Assembly: GCF_001194135.2 (NCBI RefSeq)
Contig: NC_068981.1
Coordinates: forward strand, 155,645,618 to 155,700,519
Source: Octopus bimaculoides
Lineage: Eukaryota
DNA: 54,902 bases
Direction: 5' to 3'
The notes under the pieces are model-generated. The model was not told where the DNA came from. It saw only the letters and a program-made list of their open reading frames with translations, and searched no databases. Both the position numbers and the translations under genes were made by a program. This document shows, piece by piece, positions 24,217 to 36,373 of the stretch (position 1 is the stretch's first letter; each line of letters begins with the position of its first letter).

Positions 24217-24230
24217 AATGAAATATGCAT

Positions 24231-25036
24231 ATGCATATGTGGGTACAGGACGTCACGAAACGCATACAACAAAAAATACGAAGTACGAGTACATGGAATA
24301 TGAACTATTTTTTCGAACAACGAAAGACACAAAGGGAAAACAAGACAAACAACATAAAGAATGATCATTCATTAGTTGTTGACTGTTTTTCTACTCTCGT
24401 ATTTTGAGCATTATACGCTTTCGATAAAACAAAGCAAAGCAAATTAAATAAAATTTGGGATTTTGCGGAGGGTCAAAATTGGTAGCACAAACAGGACAGT
24501 GAAAGCAAAGAGGAAGGGCTGCTAAGCCTAAACGAATTTGTGGTGGCAAACGCGTAAATCAAGCTTGGACAGGAGACCGACAAGAACACGTCTTCCTTGT
24601 TCCGGCTACAACGGAGAGAAAGAAATACAAGTTAGGAGAAGAAAGAAAGATGGCCGATAGTCACGTGGGAGCCACGTGAGTAAGGAAGGAGGAGTGAGGG
24701 AGAGAGTGACAGAGTAATAGGATAGAATAGTGGGGGAAGAGGAGGTAAAAGAATAAGAGAGAGAAAGAGAGTAAAAAGATCGTATAGAGTGTGCACCAGA
24801 ATTATTAAGATAAAACTTACTTGGAAGAGGATGAGTGGCGTTCAACCATATAATATGGATGATATATATATGCATATATACATACGTATATCTACATACA
24901 TCTATACGTATATATATATGCATATGTGGGCACAGGACATCACGAAACGTGTACAATAAAGAAGTACGAGTACATGGACTGTTTTTCGAACAACGAAAAA
25001 CACAAATCGAAAACAAGACAAACAGCATAAAGAACG
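24231..25036. mobile_element. Interspersed repeat with ~120-130-bp partial direct terminal repeats
   Basis: 24231-24362 and 24918-25036 share atgcatatgtggg(t/c)acaggac(g/a)tcacgaaacg...tttttcgaacaacgaaa...aaaacaagacaaaca(a/g)cataaagaa. PLE affinity is a guess. Confidence 0.6.
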
Positions 25037-25839
25037 ACGGTCATAGAGTGACCAATGGTTTGAAGAGGTATATACTCTTTGCCATTAGGATCTAAGTACT
25101 TTATAGATGCGAATCCATCATCCACTCAGTAACCGGACATATGGTTAACTGTATATAAATACATCACCGCTCTATGCTTTAGAGTGATCGTCTTCGGGTA
25201 TATGATCCGCTGGTGATACACACACATATGTGGCTATCTCTAGGGTGCAAGACTTCAGTAATATTATGGTGTAATAGCGTAGAGAACAAAATACGCTACA
25301 AATTCATCGTGTTTGATTTAATAAAATCTTAATCGTCATTTACAACCCCCATTTCAAAAGATTTTCAAGGTCTCATAAATATCTACAGTTGAGGCTAACG
25401 AAATTAGTGTTCTAATACATGACAGGAATTTCTTTCTATTCTTTGATAATTAATTCTGGAAGAAAAACAAAAAGCAATGTGCAATTTAATGTGATAATTT
25501 ATAGTTATGAAGTTTGTGGCTCGTGCATTTTAGAAATGCTCCAAAAAAAATTGAACTCTCTCGATATATAACTCTTTAGTGAGGACAGAAGGTCAATACT
25601 CTATTATATTGATGTCCTCTATCTGGACACGTTGAGTAAGCACTATTGCCATGAGAACGAATCTAAGCACTGCAAAATCTTTAAATATTATGCCCCTACA
25701 ACTTCCTGTACATTTATAAAAGTTTTAACTACCATTCTAATAATAATGATAAGAAAACCTCATATAATAAAAAATAATAAATATGTATTTCCATAGTCAT
25801 GGCTCTGATGTATTTCTGGTCAAGTATCCTCAGTTAAAG

Positions 25840-26010
25840 ACTTTAAACGTGTCACCCGCTTCTTTTTCCGGGCGCATCATTTTTCTGTTGAGTTTCCATT
25901 TATTCTAATAGCTTCTTTCCTTGGACTACTGCTCCCTGGAATGCATTACCGTCGTCTTGTTATCCTCTGGACTATTATGACCAGTCCTTCAAGATTTCTG
26001 TAGTTTGATA
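25840..26010 (+). mobile_element. LINE (CR1/Jockey group) 3' coding end, decayed
   Basis: SNSFFPWTTAPWNALPSSCYPLDYYDQSFKISV resembles the SFFPRTxxLWNxLP...FK C-terminus. Confidence 0.55.
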
Positions 26011-26107
26011 TCTTTAGAATTTGTAGGGCTCCTTCTTTTACTTTTTAGTAGACTATTATGCTACAGTAGCATCAGGACTTGTTTGGGACAAAAGCGTATG
26101 AAAACAA

Positions 26108-26675
26108 TATATATATATNNNNNNNNNNNNNNNNNNNNNNNNNNNNNNNNNNNNNNNNNNNNNNNNNNNNNNNNNNNNNNNNNNNNNNNNNNNNNNNNNN
26201 NNNNNNNNNNNNNNNNNNNNNNNNNNNNNNNNNNNNNNNNNNNNNNNNNNNNNNNNNNNNNNNNNNNNNNNNNNNNNNNNNNNNNNNNNNNNNNNNNNNN
26301 NNNNNNNNNNNNNNNNNNNNNNNNNNNNNNNNNNNNNNNNNNNNNNNNNNNNNNNNNNNNNNNNNNNNNNNNNNNNNNNNNNNNNNNNNNNNNNNNNNNN
26401 NNNNNNNNNNNNNNNNNNNNNNNNNNNNNNNNNNNNNNNNNNNNNNNNNNNNNNNNNNNNNNNNNNNNNNNNNNNNNNNNNNNNNNNNNNNNNNNNNNNN
26501 NNNNNNNNNNNNNNNNNNNNNNNNNNNNNNNNNNNNNNNNNNNNNNNNNNNNNNNNNNNNNNNNNNNNNNNNNNNNNNNNNNNNNNNNNNNNNNNNNNNN
26601 NNNNNNNNNNNNNNNNNNNNNNNNNNNNNNNNNNNNNNNNNNNNNNNNNNNNNNNNNNNNNNNNNNNNNNNNNNN

Positions 26676-26732
<57 letters not shown>

Positions 26733-26857
26733 TATATATATATGCACATATATACACATATAGATATACATGCATATATGCATGCACATATATACACACA
26801 TACATATACACATATATATACATATGTATATATATATATATATATACATATATACGG

Positions 26858-26898
<41 letters not shown>

Positions 26899-27782
26899 TA
26901 TAGAAAAACATAGATAGATATATACGTACACGTATATATACAAATATATATATACCACACACGTATATATACATATATATCTATCTACACACACACGTAT
27001 ATATATATATAGTGGTAGATATATGTATACATATATACATATATATACATATATACACATATATACACACACATATATATACACACATATATACACACAC
27101 ATATATACATACATATATATATATACATATATACGCACATATATATACACACATACACACATATATATACACACATATATATACACACATATACATACAT
27201 ATACATATACACACATATATCCACATATATTTACACATACACACGTATACATATATAAATACATATGTACATGTGTCCATATACATATTTGTATATGTAT
27301 ACATGTATATATATATACATATATATANNNNNNNNNNNNNNNNNNNNNNNNNNNNNNNNNNNNNNNNNNNNNNNNNNNNNNNNNNNNNNNNNNNNNNNNN
27401 NNNNNNNNNNNNNNNNNNNNNNNNNNNNNNNNNNNNNNNNNNNNNNNNNNNNNNNNNNNNNNNNNNNNNNNNNNNNNNNNNNNNNNNNNNNNNNNNNNNN
27501 NNNNNNNNNNNNNNNNNNNNNNNNNNNNNNNNNNNNNNNNNNNNNNNNNNNNNNNNNNNNNNNNNNNNNNNNNNNNNNNNNNNNNNNNNNNNNNNNNNNN
27601 NNNNNNNNNNNNNNNNNNNNNNNNNNNNNNNNNNNNNNNNNNNNNNNNNNNNNNNNNNNNNNNNNNNNNNNNNNNNNNNNNNNNNNNNNNNNNNNNNNNN
27701 NNNNNNNNNNNNNNNNNNNNNNNNNNNNNNNNNNNNNNNNNNNNNNNNNNNNNNNNNNNNNNNNNNNNNNNNNNNNNNNNNN
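26108..27782. repeat. Long TA/CA alternating microsatellite between two assembly gaps
   Basis: About 650 bp of RY-alternating sequence (26676-27327) flanked by N-runs. Confidence 0.95.
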
Positions 27783-28095
27783 CAAAGCCCTGCCAAAACA
27801 TTTGAGAGACATGCAAGACATGGATGCGGAGGTCTTCAAGACAAAACTTGACGCTTTCCTCTCCACGATACCAGACGAACCAATGGCTCCTAATGAGACG
27901 CAGTTTAGGACAGCTATGTCAAATTCTCTTATACACCAGATGTGCCATCAAAACTCTTGATTGGACCATGTCAGGTGGGGGAGAAGAGCCATGCAAGGAA
28001 CGTGAAGAGAGCACAGCATAAAGACGGAAAATCACGGTGGTGCACCAGCATGACCGCAGCCACTTGACTGAAACCCATAAATAAATAAATAAATA
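27783..28095 (+). mobile_element. CR1-clade LINE 3' end
   Basis: KALPKHLRDMQDMDAEVFKTKLDAFLSTIPDEP...MSNSLIHQ, then a 3' UTR and (TAAA)n tail. Confidence 0.8.
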
Positions 28096-29299
28096 AAGAA
28101 ATAAATATATATATATATATGTACATACACGACAGACAGACAATGAGAAAGACAGACAGAATCAGGCAGACCGATACAGAGATAGATATATAGAGTAAAA
28201 ATATATCTCGATAGATTATCAAAAGACTCAAAAACTATGAATCTGAGCTTGCCCTTTTGAAATGTATGACCATCAAAATGTAGGAGTTTGAAAATATATA
28301 TTTCATTTCTATTGAAAACAGTTTTGATTCGAAATTTAACTGCAACAAAATGCCAATTATTTCTTGTTTTATTTTTTCGATCCTAGATTCTGACTTTTGA
28401 TAGCTCAACATTTTATCAAACCTTTTTCTGTGAAACGACAGGTATTTTTTAATAAAAATTTGAAGTTTGAACATTTTGTTGAACATTTTTTTCTGTAAAA
28501 CAGGAAATTTTTTCCATTTAAATTTCTTGTTTTTTTTTTTTTAAGATTATCATTTAGATTATCATTCACGTACCATTGTCATCGTTAGGCCAATTTCTGG
28601 TTCACCTCCATACCACGTTGAGGTGATTGTTGGTTTGTATGGGAGAAAATCCATTAATGACTTTTAATTTTTATCTTTTAATTATCATTGAGGCCTGTTA
28701 TTTCATTTCAATTTTTTTTTCAAACAACAAAGCAACAATGTACATCATTTGGAAGGAAAATTGGCATTATAAGAAGTGATTTTAGCTTAATGTTTCACAG
28801 TGCAAGTGTAATACCCAAAACCGACTGTTTGTAACGTATGCATAATAACAGCTCTTAATTGAAATTTGTGCCAAAAATATATATATATATTTTTTGTATT
28901 AAAATTCATAATTTCAACATTAATTCCCCTGGCATTATTATTTTTAAGGAGCTCGACCCAGCATTTTGTTGGGTCAATACATTCATTTAACTTGAGTATA
29001 ATATACATGTGTTACATAAATATATACGTCACTTTGTACTTAAAACATATCTGATTATTTAACCCCAGACCAATCCTGAGCTAGCAGACCTACGATCAAA
29101 GATGTTTTAGTTTGACTAGCCATTCTGTATTTCTGATACAGTACGTCAAGAAATACACCATCAAATGCGTCTTTTCTAAGAGACCGTAGGTAGTGATTTG
29201 ATGGCAGTCTGGCTGCTATTTCTAACAGGTTGAGCGACCGCGTTGTCTCACATAATAATACCTGTTCACGCTATTCAGGTTACCCTTGAGCCCATTGAA

Positions 29300-29900
29300 A
29301 AGGAAGAAAAGTACCAATCTAATGAATTACTGAGAATTTGGACATGGTGTTAAATTTAATCACCAGAAAGAAGAGGCAAGACTTGACCAGAGAGAAGACA
29401 TGACTCAGTTGGCGGTTTGACTTCTCTAGCGTTGTGAGGTAGAGAGGAATGGGCAGAGTAGATAAGAAAGAAAGTGTAGTAAGACATGTTCGAGTGATAG
29501 AGGAGGAAATGTAAGAGAGAAAGTTACAGCAGTAGGAAGAGGAAGGGAATTGCAAACGAAAAGACAGAAAGAGAGAGAGAGACAAGTTAAAAGACCGATA
29601 TGGAGAGAGAGGGGAAGACTCATAGATAGACAGGAAGCTTGATAGAGAATTGACAGAAGGGGAAGGAGAATAAGTTGAAAAGATAGTAAACAAACATAGA
29701 AAAAGGAACAATGAGAGAGAAAAGCAAACAAGAGAGACATAGGGACAGACAGATAGAAAGATAGACAGGCAGATAGATAGATAGAAAGATAGATATAAGG
29801 AGGGGATGACTGACAGAAAGGAGAGAAGAATGAGTTGGAGAGAGAGAGGGAGAGTAAGCAAACATAGAAAGAAGAGTGGGAGAGGATAAGTAAGAGTAAA
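29300..29900. repeat. GA-rich low-complexity tract including (GATA)n
   Basis: Strong purine strand bias visible on the plus strand. Confidence 0.85.
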
Positions 29901-32900
29901 ATAGGGAGCCTAGCGAAATGTGATTATGAAGAGGTTTTTAGTAAATGATGTTAAAAAGACTTTATTATTATAATAATTATTAATTATCATGCTATAAAAC
30001 TTTATATGAAAATAAAGGGTATAATACAATGAATATTTTAACATAAGATATATGCAATTTTAACCAAGTTTAAGAAATTAATGGAAATTGAAAAATTGAA
30101 AACAATATTTCTAAAGCGTGACGAAGTTACAGAATTATAGTCAAGGTTCGTTTGAGCTCGACCCAACATCTTGTTGGGTCAAGCACGTTTATTGCTTGAC
30201 CAATTTCTTATCAGGGTGAAATCAATTTATGTAGGGCTTTTCAGCAAGGCTTTTCACAAGAGGAAACCATCTTGTTCTGAGCTGGTGAAGATGTTGATCA
30301 CGGTGTCATTTAAGAACAGTTTCAAGAATTATACTCACCTTTCTGAAAGCAGTTGCTGTTGTCATTGTTTAGCAATATCAACTCTGACCGGCTGTTTCCA
30401 TAGTAGAAGCTATCCCAGTTGTGGTTACCCGTTTTCTGGAGATATGTTTAAGGCTGTCATTTCCTCATTGAAAAGTTAAGGCAGATTTGGAGAGGGTTCG
30501 CTTGCTACGACATTTAAATACTTTGTACAATTACTCCGAAGCTCTATTCTATGTTTTTCCCCCTAATTCCTCTTCTCATATAGAGGAAGTAAATTTAAAA
30601 TTAAAGTTATTAAAAATTAATGAAGGGAAGTATATTTTCCCGTATTTTTAGCAAATAAATCTATTAATGGAGTAAATCTATCAACAAAGAAAAATCAGTC
30701 TAATATAATATTCCACAATGTATTTTTAGAAATAGCAATGTTTAAAGTCAAATGTTCTGCTAGAAGAGTTTACTTCAGATTTGAAAATATTAATGCAGCT
30801 GGGTAAAATCTAAAGGATTGTCTAAATATAGACATTGATCTGTACGATTAAGTGATTAAACAATAAATGAAAGATGCTCTCCAGCAAGGATATCCCCTAA
30901 TATTTTGCTATTTGTCTTAAAACGTGCAACGCATTATAATGTAGTGTGATAATGCTTAGTTTAGACACAAAGCCAGGAAGAGAGGAAAGTAACCACAAAT
31001 TTTATGACTTTGTGCAAGGCGTAAGAAATGGCTTAATGAACTGATCTCAAGTAATGAAATGAAATAAAGACAACAAAAAGATCAGCTGATAACACGAGCG
31101 TTTCAAGACACATTGGATTCGTAGAATCGTTAGAATAACGTATAACATGCTTTGCAACATTTAGGCCCCTTTAAGTCCTAAGCACTAGGATCAATTTTGC
31201 CTTACATCTTTCTGAGAGATGCAGTATTGCAATGTAGCAATGTTCCAATGTTAGAAATCGATTGTAAGTGCGTTGGCGAGTAGATTGACGTAAGTGGTTG
31301 TCGTGGTTAGATAGCAATTAAATAAAGCAGGCGAGACGAGGATGGCATACGAGGAACAGTTGATTTCAGATGGAAACCGGTAACGAATATATTTGAATGA
31401 TCTGGCAGCTTCCCTTGAAAACAGAGTGAATACTTAGGATATAATGTGATTATGCTTACTACTAAAGAGTAAATAATGTAGAATTAAAAGCTCAAATATT
31501 GGAAACTCAAGGCTGTAATTAAACTTTAGAATTGATAAAAGTGTTGTAGCTATGAATCAAATTGGAAGAGAATGACTCTAGTAGAATGAATAAGGATTTC
31601 CTAGATCTTCGTTACTTTGATATATAAATGTTAATAATGAAGTTATTAGTGAATGACAGGCAGAAAAGTATGCTTTGATGTTCTCTTAGAGCTGCAAAGT
31701 AATTAATGTCCTCTTTAAAGTATAAGACAGCTTGTAGGTGTTAATAAGCCAGTAATCTGTTTAAAATAGCTGATTGGAACATAACGGAATTTCTTAAAAT
31801 TCGCTAATGTTATAAAGAGGAGTTTAGTGGTGTTTGTTAAGGTATTTTAATAATGTTTTAGATATATATAACCAAATTGAAAGACAAAAATAATCTTATC
31901 ACAATAAACAATCATCAGAAATATCAGTCTGCAATAATGAAACAATATCCTTGTACATGAGAATATGCTAATGCTTGAAGATAAGCTAAGGATTATTATA
32001 GATCAATAATAAATTCAAAACTGTAATCTATTATTGTTTTTGGTCTTTGTGTTATCTGGTCATTTTCAGTCATCTATTAGATAATACTTTTGTTTAAAAT
32101 ATGAGATGATACCAGAGATCAGAAAAAAAATTATTTATTGATCTTGTCTGATATTGATTAATATCGTGCTGCAACCGAAGCACTAAAGAAACATTATGTC
32201 GGGGTAGTTACTTGGACCTTTTGCGACTGGCGTAAGTGTGACACGGTGCATATTGCTAAGAGGTTTCTAGATTCGCCCGCTCTCATAGATACAGACATTA
32301 TGTAGCAAAGCGTGAGATGAAACATATGTGCTTAATTGGCTGGACTGATGTACTCAATCAGTACGAGGTGATCGATTTCACAGAGGTAGTCGGTGATGTT
32401 GTCTTTCTATCTGGGATCGGATAATCGATCAGATTAAATGGATTCTAGTTCAATGTGGCAAAGTTGACATATTCGATTAAAAACGGATAATCGAGCCAGT
32501 AGATACATGCAGTGATAAAGTATTGTTGCTATTATGTGAATACATTTGACCAGTTGTTGATCAGATTGATTGATTGATTTTATTAAAATGTCTCTCATTA
32601 AATTCTATGTGCGGAACGATGAAGAATGAGTTCAAACCTCCTTTAGCCACCAGAATTCTCAAGATAATGTTAAATCAAATACTATTTGACATTTACCTGG
32701 AAGATTATATTAAATAAAAAAGTTATAATTTGTGTGATTTCTAACAGAGGAAATAACTGTCTTAGAAAATAATGAAAAAGAACCAAAAAAAAAAAACAAA
32801 AAAAAAACGTATGATATACCAGAGGAACAGATAATATAATTATTCATAACTGTCTTGAACGATGACTGACTTATTTGCAAAAGATATTAATTTCACAAGC

Positions 32901-33109
32901 ACATTGTCACATTTGTAGTGAATTGACACTACGGTCTCTGTCACACAATCGTCTTGTACTAATATTGATACAAACCAATGAGAGCCAATACAAGCCGATG
33001 AGAGTCCCTCTATGTTGTCACTCGATCCATTAGAAATAATAACCAAATCTCCCTCAAATCACATGTTACCGTTTTAAACAAATATTAAAAAGCACATTGG
33101 TTAATGATA

Positions 33110-33965
33110 TTCCAGATACATACATTGTTGACTTGTGAAGTTATGTCGAACAGCTGTTGTTGCGTGTAGGATGAATCTGATTAGTCTATTGTGAGGATCG
33201 CCTCACTTCCCGCCTTTCACAAGGTGGGGGTTAAACAGTGTTCCTCTGTCTCGTGGCCGAGGCGAAAGAGGTTGTGTAGGGAACGAGGCTAAAAGAATTG
33301 CGGACAGATACCTTTGCCTTTGGTGAAAATCTCATCGGCTTTTTTAAAGTTCGACTGAGAAAGCAAAGAGTGAAGTGTTCTGCTACAGTAAATTTGTCAA
33401 AAAGGGGTGGGTATCTATGGCAAAAATGGCCAGGCTAAACGTTATTATTCTAAGTATGTGCCTGCAGACTGGAAAACAGCGGTTGGACAAGAGCTTGTGT
33501 CCTTGGTGGGCAGTGTAATCTGTAGTGTATTTCTTATTTCTTTATTGCCCACAAGGGACTAAACATAGAGGGGACAAACAAGGTATTAAGTCGATTATAT
33601 CGACCCCAGTGCGTAACTGGTACTTAATTTATCGACCCCGAAAGGATGAAAGGCAAAGTCGACCTCGGTGGAATTTGAAATCAGAACGTAACGGCTGACG
33701 AAATACAGCTAAGCATTTCGCCCGACGCGTAAACGATTCTGCCAGCTCACCGCCTTCCCGTGGTGTATTTCTGATTGGCCTTAATTGGAGGCTTTCTCTA
33801 TCGGGAGGACTGTATCATTCGTGTATTATTTTGTATCTATGTATACTTTTTATTCTATCTCTTAGCTTCTCTCCCTTTTCCTCTAATTTTTTATGTAATC
33901 CCTCCTTCACAAATTGTAAACTATCCTTGTAATATCCCCTCTTCAGACGCACTTTTGACAAATAA
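33110..33965 (+). mobile_element. Tx1-clade L1 3' end, interrupted by a SINE
   Basis: Colinear with 15150-15450 (e.g. ctaagtatgtgcctgcagactggaaa vs ctgagcatgcacctgtagactggagg); the 3' UTR resumes after the SINE and ends AAATAAA-(TTA)n. Confidence 0.7.
33534..33759 (-). mobile_element. Full-length tRNA-derived SINE with 12-bp target-site duplication
   Basis: Complete head-to-tail copy flanked by GTAGTGTATTTC (33522-33533) and GTGGTGTATTTC (33760-33771). Confidence 0.92.
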
Positions 33966-34018
<53 letters not shown>

Positions 34019-34019
34019 C

Positions 34020-34616
34020 ATTATTCAGTAGTTTTATTTTTATAACGTGCTTTCACTTCACTACCGAGCGCAGCTCTGTGCGCCTTGGGTATGTGCTGTT
34101 GTTTGCTGTGGTGCTCTTATGTTTACTGTATTGAAAGTGTTTTGCGTAGAATGTGTGCAGTACCCAGTAGTGCAATTTTCTGTATGTTATATATATTTGT
34201 AAGTCCTGGTGTTTTTGTTATGTATTTGTCTGAATATTTTTTTTATTATACCTAAGGCNNNNNNNNNNNNNNNNNNNNNNNNNNNNNNNNNNNNNNNNNN
34301 NNNNNNNNNNNNNNNNNNNNNNNNNNNNNNNNNNNNNNNNNNNNNNNNNNNNNNNNNNNNNNNNNNNTTTATACCATCTTTTTTCTGTTGCTATTCCATA
34401 ATGTTGGCATAGCTTCCAGTGTATATAGGTCCCAGCTCTGTCGTGTCTGTGAATATATTCCTTCTTAGCCAGGACTGGGCAGCCAGAGATAATATGATTT
34501 ATTGTTTCTTGTCGATCTCCACATATTCTACAGTTACTTGTTATATTTCTTTTCATTATGTGTTTTTGGTAATTTCTGGTGGGGAGGCTTTGGTCTTGTG
34601 CAGCAATTAAAAATCC

Positions 34617-34618
<2 letters not shown>
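34020..34618 (-). mobile_element. 5'-truncated R4/Dong element in a (TAA)n tract
   Basis: AAQDQSLPTRNYQKHI..CRICGDRQETINHIISGCPVLAKKEYIHRHD (CCHC), a gap, the C-terminus and 3' UTR; (TAA)n on both sides. Confidence 0.9.
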
Positions 34619-34662
<44 letters not shown>

Positions 34663-34663
<1 letters not shown>

Positions 34664-34876
34664 GGCGGCGTGCTGGCAGAATCATTAACATACCGGGCAA
34701 AATTCTTTGCGGCATTTTGTCCGTCTTCAAGTTCCGAGTTCAAATTCCACCGGGGTCGACGTTGCCTTTCATCCTTTCGGGGATAAATAATTTAAGTACC
34801 AGTGAAACACTGGTGTCGATGCAATCGACTAGTTCCCTCCTCCCAAATTTCAGGCCTTGTGCCTATAGTGGAAATG

Positions 34877-34920
<44 letters not shown>

Positions 34921-35120
34921 GGTGGCGAGTTGGCACAATCGTTAGCACAATCGTAAGCGGCACATAGAACGTCGCTATGTTCTGAGTTCAAATTCCGCTG
35001 AGGCCAACTTTGCCTTTCATCCTTTGAGGGTCGATAAAAAAAGTATCAGTTGAACAAACACTGGAGTCGATATAAGTGACTCATCCCCTCGCCCCAAATT
35101 GTTGGCAAAATTTGAAACCA
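34663..35120 (+). mobile_element. Two tandem tRNA-derived SINEs separated by (ATT)n
   Basis: Heads aaggcggcgtgctggcagaatc (34662) and aaggtggcgagttggcacaatc (34919). Confidence 0.9.
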
Positions 35121-35134
35121 TCATTATCATTATT

Positions 35135-35890
35135 ATTTTCTCTTTATCACAGGTTTTGTTGGAGCTCCTGGAGTCTTACATGCGTAGCGGGCTTACTACC
35201 TGCAGCCTGCGGTACCATACTAGTCGTTCTTTTCAACTATCTAATACTTTCCTGATTATTCTGGCCGTGCCAAGGAGGCACAACTTTTGTAAGAGTCCTA
35301 CTGGGCACTCTATTCCAATTTCCTTCATATTCCTCTTGATGCCTTCTGATACTGTTCCCAAGGACACAACAATAACTGGCACTATTTTCCCCTTCTTCAT
35401 TTTCCATAGCCAGGCTATTTCGTACTTAAGAGGGTTCTATCTATCTATCTATCTATCTTTTCGCCTTCCCTTTTGACTATTCGTGGGCCAAAGGGGCATG
35501 CAACGTCAACTATATAGCATATGTGGTGCACCTTGTTCACCACCACTAGGTCCGGTCTGTTATGCTCTAGCACCTGATTTGTTTAGATCTGGAAATCCCA
35601 GAGGATTTTTCTAGTCTCCGACTCCGCCATTCTCTACGGTTTGTGCTCATACCACGTCTTGCCTCTCTCTAGCCCCCACTTTTCGCAGTTTCCAATGTAG
35701 CACTTTCGCTATCTGGGCGTATCGCCACAACTTGTAGCGGTTTTGGGCAAGCCTAGGGCATTCGTTCGTGATATGGGCAATGGTTTCATCCACTCTATCG
35801 CAGATGCGGCACAGCGGAAACACTTGCTCATTCCTCAGGTTGACCCTCCAGTTCGTGGTCAGAGCTTGGTCCTGCGCTGCCAGTGTAATG
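35135..35890 (-). mobile_element. 5'-truncated R4/Dong element (second subfamily): CCHC + RLE domain + 3' UTR
   Basis: AAQDQALTTN..PLCRICDRVDETIAHITNECPRLAQ; LEHNRPDLVVVNKVHHICYIVDVACP (PD..D); LKYEIAWLWKMK..VPVIVVSLG..LQKLCLLGTARIIRKVLDS*; a (CTAT)n run and frameshift disrupt it. Confidence 0.92.
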
Positions 35891-35964
35891 CTCTCGATCT
35901 GTTTTTTTTTTTAGGGTTCCTTTCATTAGCCAATCCCACCTATATATTTATTATTATTATTAAT

Positions 35965-36165
35965 GTGGTGAGTTGACAGGATCGTTAGCACGCTGGACCA
36001 ATGCTTAACGGAACTTTATGTTCTAAAATCAAATATTACCGAGGTCAACATTGCCTCTCATTCTTTTGATGTCGATAAAGTACCAGTCAAGTACTGGAGG
36101 TCGAAGCAATCTACTAGTCTCCTCTCTAAAAGTGCTGGCTCTGTGCTAAATATTGGAACAATTTT
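35965..36165 (+). mobile_element. tRNA-derived SINE, degenerate
   Basis: gtggtgagttgacaggatcgttagcacg...aagtaccagtcaagtactggaggtcgaag. Confidence 0.75.
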
Positions 36166-36373
36166 TATTATTACTATGTTTATATATTTTACTATTTAGA
36201 AAAAATTCAATTTCCATTATTGTTATAAACATTTCGTTGCCATCTTCTAACTGGAAATGATTAAGTTAGATTGAAGGTTTCAATATATTACAATGTTGAT
36301 ATATTTTCACAGGTTACGCTTCGAAGGGAATAAATAAGTGAAATATGTTTACAATTGGGGACAAAAAAAAGAG

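Noticed and set aside
24205-24270. Plus-strand CTGACGA...GAAACGCATAC suggesting another hammerhead
   Set aside because: CTGACGA belongs to the inverted pLTR arm and GAAAC to a different repeat; no stem II or valid cleavage triplet.
25040-25345. LTR-like segment (TATA-like TGTATATAAATA, AATAAA, ending TTTACA)
   Set aside because: No clear TG start, inverted termini or TSD could be identified.
28200-28740. Possible DNA-transposase remnant (TNNHL on the minus strand)
   Set aside because: Only a five-residue match amid stops; not supportable.
32840-33046. Minus ORF MVIISNGSSDNIEG...
   Set aside because: No recognisable domain or splice signals; probably antisense to a decayed reading frame.
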